Source: Candidatus Dojkabacteria bacterium (GTDB lineage Bacteria; Patescibacteriota; Dojkabacteria; SC72). From it: 64,000 bases of DNA. A program made the translations under genes and the position numbers. This document shows, piece by piece, positions 1-9,035 of the stretch. A model generated the notes under the pieces. That model had not been told where the DNA came from and made no database searches. It saw only the letters and a list, made by a program, of their open reading frames with translations. The stretch's first letter is position 1, and each line of letters begins with the position of its first letter. The stretch is from positions 428,820 through 492,819 of the forward strand of contig JBMNHB010000001.1 in assembly GCA_050950145.1 (NCBI GenBank). The letters run 5' to 3'.

Positions 1-662
1 AAAGGAGTTACATTATCTCTGTGTGCAATCACTATGGTTCTCTTCCAGTCTGTACCTGCTGGGTAACAAGTCATTAAGGTAAGTGTATCTTGATCAGAGT
101 ACTTGTTTAGGTATTTTACTTCATCTCTGTTTACAATCTTTACTTCAGAAACAATATATTTGTAGATTATTCCATTGTAGCTGACAAATACCTCATCCCC
201 TTGTTCTAGTTCTGTAAGAAGATAGAAGTAGATATCATATTTTCTTCTTTCATAGAAGTTTACTGCTGAATGAGCAAAGAGAAATACATTACCTTGTTGG
301 TCTGGTGTGTTTGTTCCTTTTGCATGAGCTATACCTTTTTCTAATGCTGCAATGTATTCTTTTTCATTGGTAGGATTTATATCTTTGAGTACTGATGCTG
401 CAATTCTAATCTTAGGAATGTATAGTCCGAAGTTAGAATCAAGCATTACTGTATCAGTGTCTTTATTGATTTCTTTAGTAACTTGAGAAGAGTCATCAGT
501 TATCTCTATTCTTGTTTCTGCTACATAATTACGATTTGTGTAGTGAATATAGTACGACTTGAGGACAGGCCAATAGGTAATAACTAGGACAGTAAGGCCT
601 AGTAGGAGTAGTATTACTCCTACTAGAACCTTTTTGTTAATTCCTCTTTTGCTTTCTGACAT
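1..662 (-). CDS. Sortase-family transpeptidase, partial. The N-terminus lies in the window and the gene runs off the window start. It is not in the supplied ORF track because no stop codon falls inside the window.
   Basis: Manual reverse-strand translation from the ATG at 662..660 gives MSESKRGINKKVLVGVILLLLGLTVLVITYWPV..., an N-terminal TM anchor. Further on it has the conserved His (FLFAHSA), the TLxTC catalytic motif (LTLMTCYP) and a downstream Arg (IVIAHRD). The frame is open to position 1. It overlaps the 3' end of the giant surface-protein gene by 26 nt. Confidence 0.7.
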   Translation of the reverse strand, partial: MSESKRGINKKVLVGVILLLLGLTVLVITYWPVLKSYYIHYTNRNYVAETRIEITDDSSQVTKEINKDTDTVMLDSNFGLYIPKIRIAASVLKDINPTNEKEYIAALEKGIAHAKGTNTPDQQGNVFLFAHSAVNFYERRKYDIYFYLLTELEQGDEVFVSYNGIIYKYIVSEVKIVNRDEVKYLNKYSDQDTLTLMTCYPAGTDWKRTIVIAHRDNVTP

Positions 663-3600
663 AGTATGCAACTCCTCCAAGAACAACAATTGCTATAACC
701 CAGATATACCATTTACCTAAAACTTTCTTACCTGTTTCTTCTACATCTCCATCTGTTTTCTCCTCACTATCTTCTGTTTTTTCAACTTCTTGATCATCTA
801 CTTCTAAAACATCATCTTTCTCTCCTGCTACCTCTCCTTCATCTGTAGTATCTTTCTGGCCTGCAACCTCTCCACCTGTTGTTGTAGTGGTGGTAGTGGT
901 TGTTGCAGTAGGAGTACTTATTTTAGGTACTTCTATCACTTCAGGGTCTGATACTATGGTAGATACATTACCAAGCGCATCTACTGTTCTAAGAGCATAG
1001 TAGTATGTCTTTCCTGCTTCTGCTGTAGTATCTGTCCATGAATACTCTGTATTTGGGGATACAGGCATTGGATGAATCCTTGTACTTTCATTTGCAGTGT
1101 ATGATGGTTTATCAGATCTATGAATTTCAACTGTCTTTATTTTTGGATCATTTGGTGTCTTAAACTTTATCACATTACCTGCTTTAGAGTAGTCTATTAC
1201 AGGTGCTGGTTTTTCTAAATCTACAACAACTGTTACATCTGCTGATTTTTGCTCACCTGAAGTAGATTTTGCTACTACATAGAAAGTATATGTACCACTT
1301 GCGCTTACTGTTACTGGACAGTTACCTGTGTTTGCAGTGAATGTTGCAAATGGTGCAACTTCTGCATCTTTGTAACATTCTACTGTAATTGAATTGTTGT
1401 TAAGATCTAATGCTACAAATCCAACATTAAAGCTACTCTTGTTTGTTGGAGTTGCAGGTTGCATTATTCTTACTTTAATATCACTGTCTAATGCTAATAC
1501 TCTATTAGGAGTGAGTAGGGTTACAAATGATATTGCCATTAAACCTGTAAGAAGAGCATAGCTTAACTTCTTGAATGGTTTAAGGAGTAGGGTAATTGCA
1601 CCTAATATCATCATAATTAATGCACCTAATGTTAGATATGTACTTGCACCAGTTACTGGTAGAGTAATTGATGCACCTAATACTTCTCCTTCTTCTGTTT
1701 CAACTGGCTCTATGACTGTTACATCTGTTCCTACAAATGGTGTCTCTGGATCTACTGTAGAAGCACCTAGTACTTCACCGTCTATTAGTGATGTACCTGC
1801 TACCCATGCAATATCTGGATAGTTACCTGGATCTTGATCGAGAGAGATTTTAGTTTTGTATGTTAACACAACTTTATCTCCTTCTTTCATATCTCCAATA
1901 TTCCATTTTGCCTGACCTTTATCATCGTATATAGGTTCTGGTACTGAGATACCAACACCATTCTTTTGTGCTATCCATGAATCAAGGATATATTTGAATC
2001 CTGCTGGAGCAATGTCAGAAACTACTACATTATTTAGAACATATGTACCTTCTGATTCATCGCTTGGTGCTGTTACTGTAATTGTGTATGTAACAATATC
2101 ACCTGCTGATAATGCAACAACTGCATCATTGCTCTTTTCGATCTGTAGGATTGGATCAATTACTTTGTTGATACACTCAACTTCAAGAGTTTGATTACTT
2201 CCTAATATAACCTCTCCATCTAAGAGAACCCCTTCATCATTTACACATCCTCCGAAAGTGTATCCTTCTTTTGGTGTCTCTGTGAATGAATGAACACCTG
2301 GCTGTAATCCTTCAAATACTGCTGGTTGTTTACCATTTGATGTATCTGCAATTTGTTCTGTTACTTCACCTAAGACAACATCAAACAAATCATCTGAGAA
2401 TATATCCCCATCTACATCCTCTCCTTCACTATTTACTACATCCTTTGTAACTATTAATGTAGCTGGTAATTGTGCATTCTTACATACTACATTGTATGTC
2501 TCACCACTTCTTACTGAATAATTAGTAAATTCTTTCTTACTAATGAAGCATCCCAGAGTTGTATAATTCTCATCTTCTACTTCTGATATGGTATGTTTAC
2601 CATTTGCAACCTTGTATGTAGCTGTTGTTCCCTCTGCAATTGTTTGACCAGTACCCTCATCGTTGTTAAGAAGTGCTGTAAACTCGTGTGTATCTATCAT
2701 ATTCGTTTTTCCATCAACTCCAACAACATCTTTAGTTACATTAATTGTTGCATCTTTGAAGTTACCAAAGTTTACCAATACCCTAACATCCCCAGCTGCT
2801 ATTGTAATTGGAGCTGGATTAGCAGATGTTTGAGTCCAACCATCTTTCTGTACCTCACGAATTATATATGTTTCGCCTACTGGTAGGTTAGTAAACTCGT
2901 AGTATCCTAATATGTTTGTTATTGTAGATGGTTCTCCTACATCTAGAACACCATCATTATCCAAATCAATGAAGATTGTCCATCCTCTTAATGGTAATTC
3001 TGAGAATAGTGGTAACACATCCCACTTTCCATTACCATTTCTATCCTCATATTTGAAACCTGAGATACTACCTAATTTTTCATTAGTAAATGTACATGTT
3101 ACTGTTTCATTATCTCCAACCTTGATGTTTGCTGTATATCCATCTCTAACACTATCAGTATCATCACATACTAGAGATTTTAGATTCCAACCCTTTTCAA
3201 ATTGTTCTGTTACAGAGTAATCTCCTGGGATTACTACCTTTTCAATAGTTCCATTGTTACCAATTGTTCCAGTTAGCTCTCCTGTAAATGTAAACTTAGT
3301 CTTATCTCCTCTAGGTTCAACTAATTTCTTGATAATTATTTTACCGTGTGTACTTTTATTTGTGATTGTACATACCTTGTTATCACCAACATTTAGTGTA
3401 ACATTTCCATCTGAATCACAATCATCACTAAATGTTGCCACATATCCATCAAGATTATCTTCACTTACAGTGTAGTCACCTGCATTAAACTTATTAACTT
3501 CTCCACTAGTTACCTTATTACCTGAGACATAGAGAGTGAAGTCTGATACTTGCTTATCTCCATATGTTCCGTTATCAACAACTTTCTCTACAGTTAGTGT

Positions 3601-6600
3601 TGGTTGAATATCATTATTAACAATTGTACAAGTTACATTTTGTCCTTCTGGAAGTGTAAAGACGCCATCACTACCAAGAGAACATTCCAAACTATCCATC
3701 GTATATCCTGTACCTGCAACAGTTTCAGATAGTGTGTATTCCTTATTAACATCACCAAATACTGTTGCTGTGTAGGTTGTTGTATCACCTTCCTCAACAC
3801 CTGCGTCAAATTCTAATGTTGAGTCGGTTAGGGTGATATCAAAGTCATCTACTGTTGCTGTACCACCATGATCATTAATTACTTTCTTGATTACAGTAAT
3901 CTTAGACTGAGAGTCACTATTTGTAATTGTACAAGTCTTATTCTCACCTGAACTTAATGTAATCTTTCCATCTGCACTACAATCTCCACTCCAAGTTGAT
4001 GCTGTATATCCAGGTAACTGATCTTCTCTTACTGTATATTCAACTCCCGAGTTAACTTTGTGAGCCTTACCACTTGTTACTTCAGTATCTCCAATGTAGA
4101 GTTTAAAGTCTGCCACCTGTTTTAAGCCTCCATGATTGTTCTCAACTGTCTTCACAAGTGTAAGAGTTGGTTGTATCTCTGTATTCTTAATTGTACATAC
4201 AGTAGTCTGACCAACTTCAAGAGTTATCTGATTATTATCATCTACAACGATATCATTGGTACAATCCCAGTCACCTGCTTCATATCCTGAAATTCCTTCC
4301 TTAGCAATCTCACTTAATGTATATGTACCTGCTTTGAAGTTACCCCCACTCTTTACTCCACTATCACCAGAGATTGTTGTTGGACCTGTTGCTGTTAATG
4401 TCCAATCAGTAATTTGTGCATTACCACCATATTTATTGTCAACCTCTTTAACTAATTCTAATGATGGTGCAATGTCATCATTAGTTATTGTACAGGTTAC
4501 TCTTTGACCTTCTGTTAAAGAGAACTGATAACTACCAATAATCTTCCCTGTCTTATCATCTGTACAACTCCATTTTCCTTCCTTGTAACCAGGATGATCT
4601 ATCTCCTCCAACTCATATTTTGTATTAGATTTTACTTCTGGAGTAGCAAAATAAGTAGATGTATATTTTCCTATCTCTCCTGGCCATGTTTTAAATTTTA
4701 ATTCATCACCATTTAATTTAATTCCAAAATCATTTGCTGTTGCTGTTCCTCCGTTATCATTAACTACCCTCTTAATTACTGTTAGGGTTGGTGCTACATC
4801 ATCATTTGTAATTGTACAAACAGCTTCTTTTCCTTTTTCAACTATTATCTTGTCACAATTATCATATGTAGTAGCATATCCTCTTTGATTTGCCTCTGGC
4901 TCTATAATAGAGTAGGTACCTGTTGGGTATCTCTTATATATATTTTCACCTAATAGTGGATTTGTGGGATCTTGATCAAAACCAACACCTTTACTAGTAC
5001 CAATCTTAAATGAGAACTCTCTTGCCTCCAATTTACCACCATTATCATTAATAACTTCCTTTCTAACAATCAATGTGCCTGTATCTCTAGTATTAATAAA
5101 TCTACATAATATTTTATCTCCTGAGTTTATTGTTAACTTTGTACTCTCAGTTGGTTTCTCAAAGAATTTTACCCCGCCATTATCACACATCATTGATTTA
5201 ACAGTATAATCATCTTTCTGAATTTCAGAGATAGCATATGTACCTGGCATTATTTCCATAGGTTTTTCCTCTTTACCAAACATTTTGTATTCTTTATCAT
5301 CCAACATCCATGTCCAATCTGTTACATATCTATCATCTACTTCTCCATCACCATCTGTGTCTACAAATTTAATAACTTTAATGGTTGGTCTTTCAATATT
5401 GATAAAATCAACATTCTTTTTATCTTCTCCAGGAGAAAGTTTTATTGTCCAACTTGTACTTGTACCTGGTAAAACAATCCAACCAACCTTCATTACTTCA
5501 ACAACTGTATATTCACCTGGCTCTAATCCAGTAAATGAATATGAACCATCAAGAGCTGTTGTTGTATGTGGTTCTGTAGTTGTATCCAATTTTCCATCGC
5601 CATCTTTATCTATAAAGATTGTATATCCATATACAGGTTTTCTATCATTCGTTGTACTTGCTAATCCATCTAAATCATGAAGCTTACGACCTGAGATAGA
5701 TCCATATTTTGTATTTGTAAATGTACAAGTAACTGATTCTCCTGCACTTAATGAAATATTATCTATTGTTTTTCCATCCGTACAAGAGTATGTTGTTTTC
5801 CAATCACTATAATTATTCTCTGCAACTGCATATGTACCTGCTTTCAAACTAAATGTTTTACTTGGATCTTCTGTATCTGAGTTATCTACCAAATTAAATT
5901 GTTCATTAACTCCATTACCACCTGTCAAAGTAAATCCAAATGTATCGGTACCAAATGGTAATGCTTTCTTAACGATAGTTAATGAACCATCTTGTGTGTT
6001 AGTAATAGTACACTCCTTAGTCTCATTATTTGTAATTGTAATATTTGAACATGTATTACTTACTAAGCTCCAACCTGCTGGTAATGTTTCTGTAATATTG
6101 TATGTACCAGGCATTACATTGTATGTATGAGATTTGGTTGTTCTAATCTTCCCAATATTACTATTAGCCTCATACAAGAAAGTAGGGGAACCGTTTATCG
6201 AAGGAGTACCACTACCTGTTATTGTAAATTCAGTATTATCATTATTAGAAGCTGGACTTAGAACTTTCTTGACAGTTATCTGACCTTGTGGAATTATACA
6301 ATTATTATTGTATATCGCCTGTCCATACTCACTCCAGTTAAGACCTGTAAAGGGAATTCCATCATATGATGTGAATGGAGGAATAATATCTCCCCATTCT
6401 ACTGTTATACCTGGAAACCAAATATCACCAGTATGTCCTGCATGTCCATTTAAATTTCCAGATGCATCAGGTTCAATTACTTCATAAGGACTTGTATGAG
6501 ACTTAGTTCTATGACAAATCTTAATTGTAGGGATAATACCTTTATAGTTTGCAGGATCACTTGCTGATAAGTTATGAGATGATGTAACTGTACCAATGTT

Positions 6601-7560
6601 AGTATAGTTACCTGCAATAGCTGTAGCACTTCCTGTACAAGTCATATTTGTACCAGGTTCTAACTCTGTTCCTGGGCATGTTACTTGTACACCTTTGTCA
6701 TCTGTTACTGCAATGTTTGTTAACTTTACATTACCTGTATTTTGTACAATATATGTAAAGTTTACTGTATCTCCTGCATTTACTTGTACTGCTTCCCCAA
6801 GGGTGTTTGCATCTTGTCCATTTACTTCCTTAACAATTGAGATAGCTGGTCTTTCAACTAAGACAGAACTTAAACGACCTACTAAGTATGCAACATTATT
6901 TTTTTGCTCTTCTGTTACAAATCTATTGAGTGTATTACCTTTTGAATCTTGGAAACCATCTATTTTCAATGTATATTTCATATCTCCAATCGTATAGACC
7001 TGTTCACCATAACCACCATTAGGGAAGGTTATTATGTCATCACAAGGAGTGGTAGACTGTTGGTGTGCACCACAAGGACGTCTGTTTGGTGTTTCATCAA
7101 TATCAAAATCATAAGTAAATGTTGGTGATGGAGAAATTACAGGATTTGAGAAGTTTAATGTTACATTAAGTGTTGCACCATTAGCAGAAGTTCCTGACTG
7201 TGTTGCCCAGTTAAAATGAGTAAAATCACCGATAAGGAATGTCTCATTAGCATTAAAAGTTGTTTCTCCTTTACCATCAAATCTTAAACCACTCTTCTGA
7301 GATCCTACTGGTTTTCCCCATCTAATTTCTTTTGTATTCAAACCAGTTATATTACTACCTCCTGAGACACTTGTCCAAATACCACTAGTAGAAGAAATAG
7401 TATATGGCCCATCAGCAGCAGCTACAGGAGTAATCTCTCCTCCTATATCTCTCAACTGATCAATGGCTAAAAATGGTGGGGCAAAGTTATATCCTACTAA
7501 AAATAGGACTGTTGAAACCTTATACAAAGATTTCAAAAAAGATTTTTTGTTAAACTTCAT
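637..7560 (-). CDS. Giant (2307 aa) secreted cell-surface protein. It has many tandem beta-sandwich modules (DUF11/prealbumin-like modules ending ...VTCTITN, and SdrD/Cna-B-like DxDGDG calcium-binding modules). An internal LPVTG sorting signal lies about 340 aa before the C-terminus. Then come an FN3/Ig-like domain, a poly-Thr linker, an acidic stretch and a C-terminal TM anchor.
   Basis: The ORF is uninterrupted. It has an N-terminal signal peptide (MKFNKKSFLKSLYKVSTVLFLVGYNF), repeated CTITN/CTFTN-terminated modules, and DKDGDGKLD / DTDGDGEVDD / DLDNDGVLD motifs. LPVTG+hydrophobic+KPFKK sits at about aa 1967 (nt 1648..1662). The C-terminus reads TPTATTTTTTTTTGG ... WYIWVIAIVVLGGVAYYVRKQKRN. 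Confidence 0.8.
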   Translation of the reverse strand: MKFNKKSFLKSLYKVSTVLFLVGYNFAPPFLAIDQLRDIGGEITPVAAADGPYTISSTSGIWTSVSGGSNITGLNTKEIRWGKPVGSQKSGLRFDGKGETTFNANETFLIGDFTHFNWATQSGTSANGATLNVTLNFSNPVISPSPTFTYDFDIDETPNRRPCGAHQQSTTPCDDIITFPNGGYGEQVYTIGDMKYTLKIDGFQDSKGNTLNRFVTEEQKNNVAYLVGRLSSVLVERPAISIVKEVNGQDANTLGEAVQVNAGDTVNFTYIVQNTGNVKLTNIAVTDDKGVQVTCPGTELEPGTNMTCTGSATAIAGNYTNIGTVTSSHNLSASDPANYKGIIPTIKICHRTKSHTSPYEVIEPDASGNLNGHAGHTGDIWFPGITVEWGDIIPPFTSYDGIPFTGLNWSEYGQAIYNNNCIIPQGQITVKKVLSPASNNDNTEFTITGSGTPSINGSPTFLYEANSNIGKIRTTKSHTYNVMPGTYNITETLPAGWSLVSNTCSNITITNNETKECTITNTQDGSLTIVKKALPFGTDTFGFTLTGGNGVNEQFNLVDNSDTEDPSKTFSLKAGTYAVAENNYSDWKTTYSCTDGKTIDNISLSAGESVTCTFTNTKYGSISGRKLHDLDGLASTTNDRKPVYGYTIFIDKDGDGKLDTTTEPHTTTALDGSYSFTGLEPGEYTVVEVMKVGWIVLPGTSTSWTIKLSPGEDKKNVDFINIERPTIKVIKFVDTDGDGEVDDRYVTDWTWMLDDKEYKMFGKEEKPMEIMPGTYAISEIQKDDYTVKSMMCDNGGVKFFEKPTESTKLTINSGDKILCRFINTRDTGTLIVRKEVINDNGGKLEAREFSFKIGTSKGVGFDQDPTNPLLGENIYKRYPTGTYSIIEPEANQRGYATTYDNCDKIIVEKGKEAVCTITNDDVAPTLTVIKRVVNDNGGTATANDFGIKLNGDELKFKTWPGEIGKYTSTYFATPEVKSNTKYELEEIDHPGYKEGKWSCTDDKTGKIIGSYQFSLTEGQRVTCTITNDDIAPSLELVKEVDNKYGGNAQITDWTLTATGPTTISGDSGVKSGGNFKAGTYTLSEIAKEGISGYEAGDWDCTNDIVVDDNNQITLEVGQTTVCTIKNTEIQPTLTLVKTVENNHGGLKQVADFKLYIGDTEVTSGKAHKVNSGVEYTVREDQLPGYTASTWSGDCSADGKITLSSGENKTCTITNSDSQSKITVIKKVINDHGGTATVDDFDITLTDSTLEFDAGVEEGDTTTYTATVFGDVNKEYTLSETVAGTGYTMDSLECSLGSDGVFTLPEGQNVTCTIVNNDIQPTLTVEKVVDNGTYGDKQVSDFTLYVSGNKVTSGEVNKFNAGDYTVSEDNLDGYVATFSDDCDSDGNVTLNVGDNKVCTITNKSTHGKIIIKKLVEPRGDKTKFTFTGELTGTIGNNGTIEKVVIPGDYSVTEQFEKGWNLKSLVCDDTDSVRDGYTANIKVGDNETVTCTFTNEKLGSISGFKYEDRNGNGKWDVLPLFSELPLRGWTIFIDLDNDGVLDVGEPSTITNILGYYEFTNLPVGETYIIREVQKDGWTQTSANPAPITIAAGDVRVLVNFGNFKDATINVTKDVVGVDGKTNMIDTHEFTALLNNDEGTGQTIAEGTTATYKVANGKHTISEVEDENYTTLGCFISKKEFTNYSVRSGETYNVVCKNAQLPATLIVTKDVVNSEGEDVDGDIFSDDLFDVVLGEVTEQIADTSNGKQPAVFEGLQPGVHSFTETPKEGYTFGGCVNDEGVLLDGEVILGSNQTLEVECINKVIDPILQIEKSNDAVVALSAGDIVTYTITVTAPSDESEGTYVLNNVVVSDIAPAGFKYILDSWIAQKNGVGISVPEPIYDDKGQAKWNIGDMKEGDKVVLTYKTKISLDQDPGNYPDIAWVAGTSLIDGEVLGASTVDPETPFVGTDVTVIEPVETEEGEVLGASITLPVTGASTYLTLGALIMMILGAITLLLKPFKKLSYALLTGLMAISFVTLLTPNRVLALDSDIKVRIMQPATPTNKSSFNVGFVALDLNNNSITVECYKDAEVAPFATFTANTGNCPVTVSASGTYTFYVVAKSTSGEQKSADVTVVVDLEKPAPVIDYSKAGNVIKFKTPNDPKIKTVEIHRSDKPSYTANESTRIHPMPVSPNTEYSWTDTTAEAGKTYYYALRTVDALGNVSTIVSDPEVIEVPKISTPTATTTTTTTTTGGEVAGQKDTTDEGEVAGEKDDVLEVDDQEVEKTEDSEEKTDGDVEETGKKVLGKWYIWVIAIVVLGGVAYYVRKQKRN

Positions 7561-7665
7561 TAATTTGTAATTAAAAATTAATAAATAAAGTTATCATAAC
7601 CAAGTAGAGACAATACTCTACATATTTGGGATTATACCAAAAACCCTATAGATTTACAATACCCT

Positions 7666-8967
7666 GCATTAGATAAAAACTAGTGTTACCCAACAACACC
7701 CCGTTAGATAAAAATAGTGTTACCCAAATATACTCTGTAATTAAACTAAATACATCAGAGTATGCAAGACAATATTTTTACTAAAATGGCGGTAGTCAAA
7801 AGAAAAAAAGAATATCTAGAAACTAAAAAACGGGAAGAGAAAACTGAGATACTAGACTGGCTAGTCAAAGATACAAACAGGTCTAGGAAGTCACTCATTA
7901 GATCTCTGAACAATCCAAATATTACAGAGAGAAACATATCTGGAAGAGGTGGAAGGAAAAAGAAATATACTCCACAATCTAAAAACATCGTAAAAATGAT
8001 ATGGCAAGCAAATGATTGTATCTGTGCTGAGAGATTTCATGGTCAAATTGAAGAAACACTAAAAGATTTAAAACAAGCAAACAAACTAGAAGGATATATA
8101 GATAGCGACATTGAGTTGGTGAGGAAAATACCTCTAGGTACACTTAAACTCTTTGTTGCTAAGTTCCCTAAACCTAAAAGAGGAAGTATTAGTTCTTCGG
8201 GAAGTGTGAGAGCATTACAAAAACAAATACCTGTGAGAACTTACTTCTCTACTAACATTAAATCGGGCTTCTTTGGTGTTGACTTTGTTGATCATAATGG
8301 AGGAAATGCTACTGGTAAGTTTGCTAGAACATTGGTATTTACAGACCCTAAAACCACATGGATTGTGAGAAGTGCTTGTCTGGGAAAAGATAGCTTAGCT
8401 GTGGGGAATGCTTTTGAATTGAACAAAAAGAAAATACCATACACAATTGAAGGATTACACTCTGACAATGAACCTGCATTACTAACCTCTCTGCTCTCTT
8501 CTAAGGCTAAAGAAAACAATATATTCATTACTAGAAGCAGAAGTTACAAAAAAGAAGATAATGGACATACAGAACAGAAGAATGGAGACAAAGTGAGAGG
8601 TTTAGTGGGATACCGAAGATATGATACATTACAACATATTGATTTACTTAACAGGATATATGAGATTGATGACCAATTTCAAAATCATTTTGTGCCTTCT
8701 GTGAAATTGAAAGAAAAAGAATTTAATGACTTAGGTAGAGTAATTAAGAAGAAATATGATAGTCCTAAAAGTCCATATCAGAGGGTAATGGAAGAGAAGG
8801 ATATTGATATACAATTCAAGATGTCACTTGCGAGTAAACATTCTAAATTAAATAGGTTAGAATTGTTAGAGGAAAGAGATAAATTGTTAAGAAAGTTAAC
8901 TCGCTTAGGTAACACTATTTTTATCTAACGGGTTTGCATTCGGTAACATTTAGTTTTTATCTAACGG
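7666..8967 (+). mobile_element. Insertion sequence, about 1.3 kb, carrying one DDE (rve-superfamily) transposase gene and bounded by nested terminal inverted repeats.
   Basis: Inner inverted repeats are perfect 24-mers: 7701..7724 ccgttagataaaaatagtgttacc is the reverse complement of 8908..8931. Outer imperfect copies are at 7666..7690 and 8942..8967. The transposase stop codon lies inside the right inverted repeat. A possible TACCC flank occurs on both sides. Confidence 0.7.
7762..8928 (+). CDS. DDE transposase/integrase-core (rve) family protein of the insertion sequence. IS481/IS3-like, family not resolved.
   Basis: 388 aa. The D..D..E triad is spaced like retroviral-integrase-type transposases (VDFVDHNGG ... 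LHSDNEPAL ... NGHTEQKNGDKVRG). It has a basic N-terminal HTH-like region. Confidence 0.7.
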   Translation: MQDNIFTKMAVVKRKKEYLETKKREEKTEILDWLVKDTNRSRKSLIRSLNNPNITERNISGRGGRKKKYTPQSKNIVKMIWQANDCICAERFHGQIEETLKDLKQANKLEGYIDSDIELVRKIPLGTLKLFVAKFPKPKRGSISSSGSVRALQKQIPVRTYFSTNIKSGFFGVDFVDHNGGNATGKFARTLVFTDPKTTWIVRSACLGKDSLAVGNAFELNKKKIPYTIEGLHSDNEPALLTSLLSSKAKENNIFITRSRSYKKEDNGHTEQKNGDKVRGLVGYRRYDTLQHIDLLNRIYEIDDQFQNHFVPSVKLKEKEFNDLGRVIKKKYDSPKSPYQRVMEEKDIDIQFKMSLASKHSKLNRLELLEERDKLLRKLTRLGNTIFI

Positions 8968-9035
8968 TTACCCCCATATACACCCTCTACAAGTACCTTT
9001 TCATGACCCTAATTTAGTGATAGAATCACCCGCGT

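Noticed and set aside
1571-6997. Several 60-130-aa plus-strand ORFs inside the giant minus-strand gene (1571..1822, 1994..2194, 2593..2886, 2912..3220, 3254..3475, 4256..4507, 5285..5680, 6695..6997).
   Set aside because: They are antisense to a continuous 2307-aa coding frame. They have low-complexity composition and no RBS or motifs. These are typical shadow ORFs.
7755-7988. 77-aa minus-strand ORF overlapping the transposase 5' end, and the 8292..8528 minus ORF inside the transposase.
   Set aside because: Antisense to a well-supported DDE transposase gene inside an IS. No independent support.
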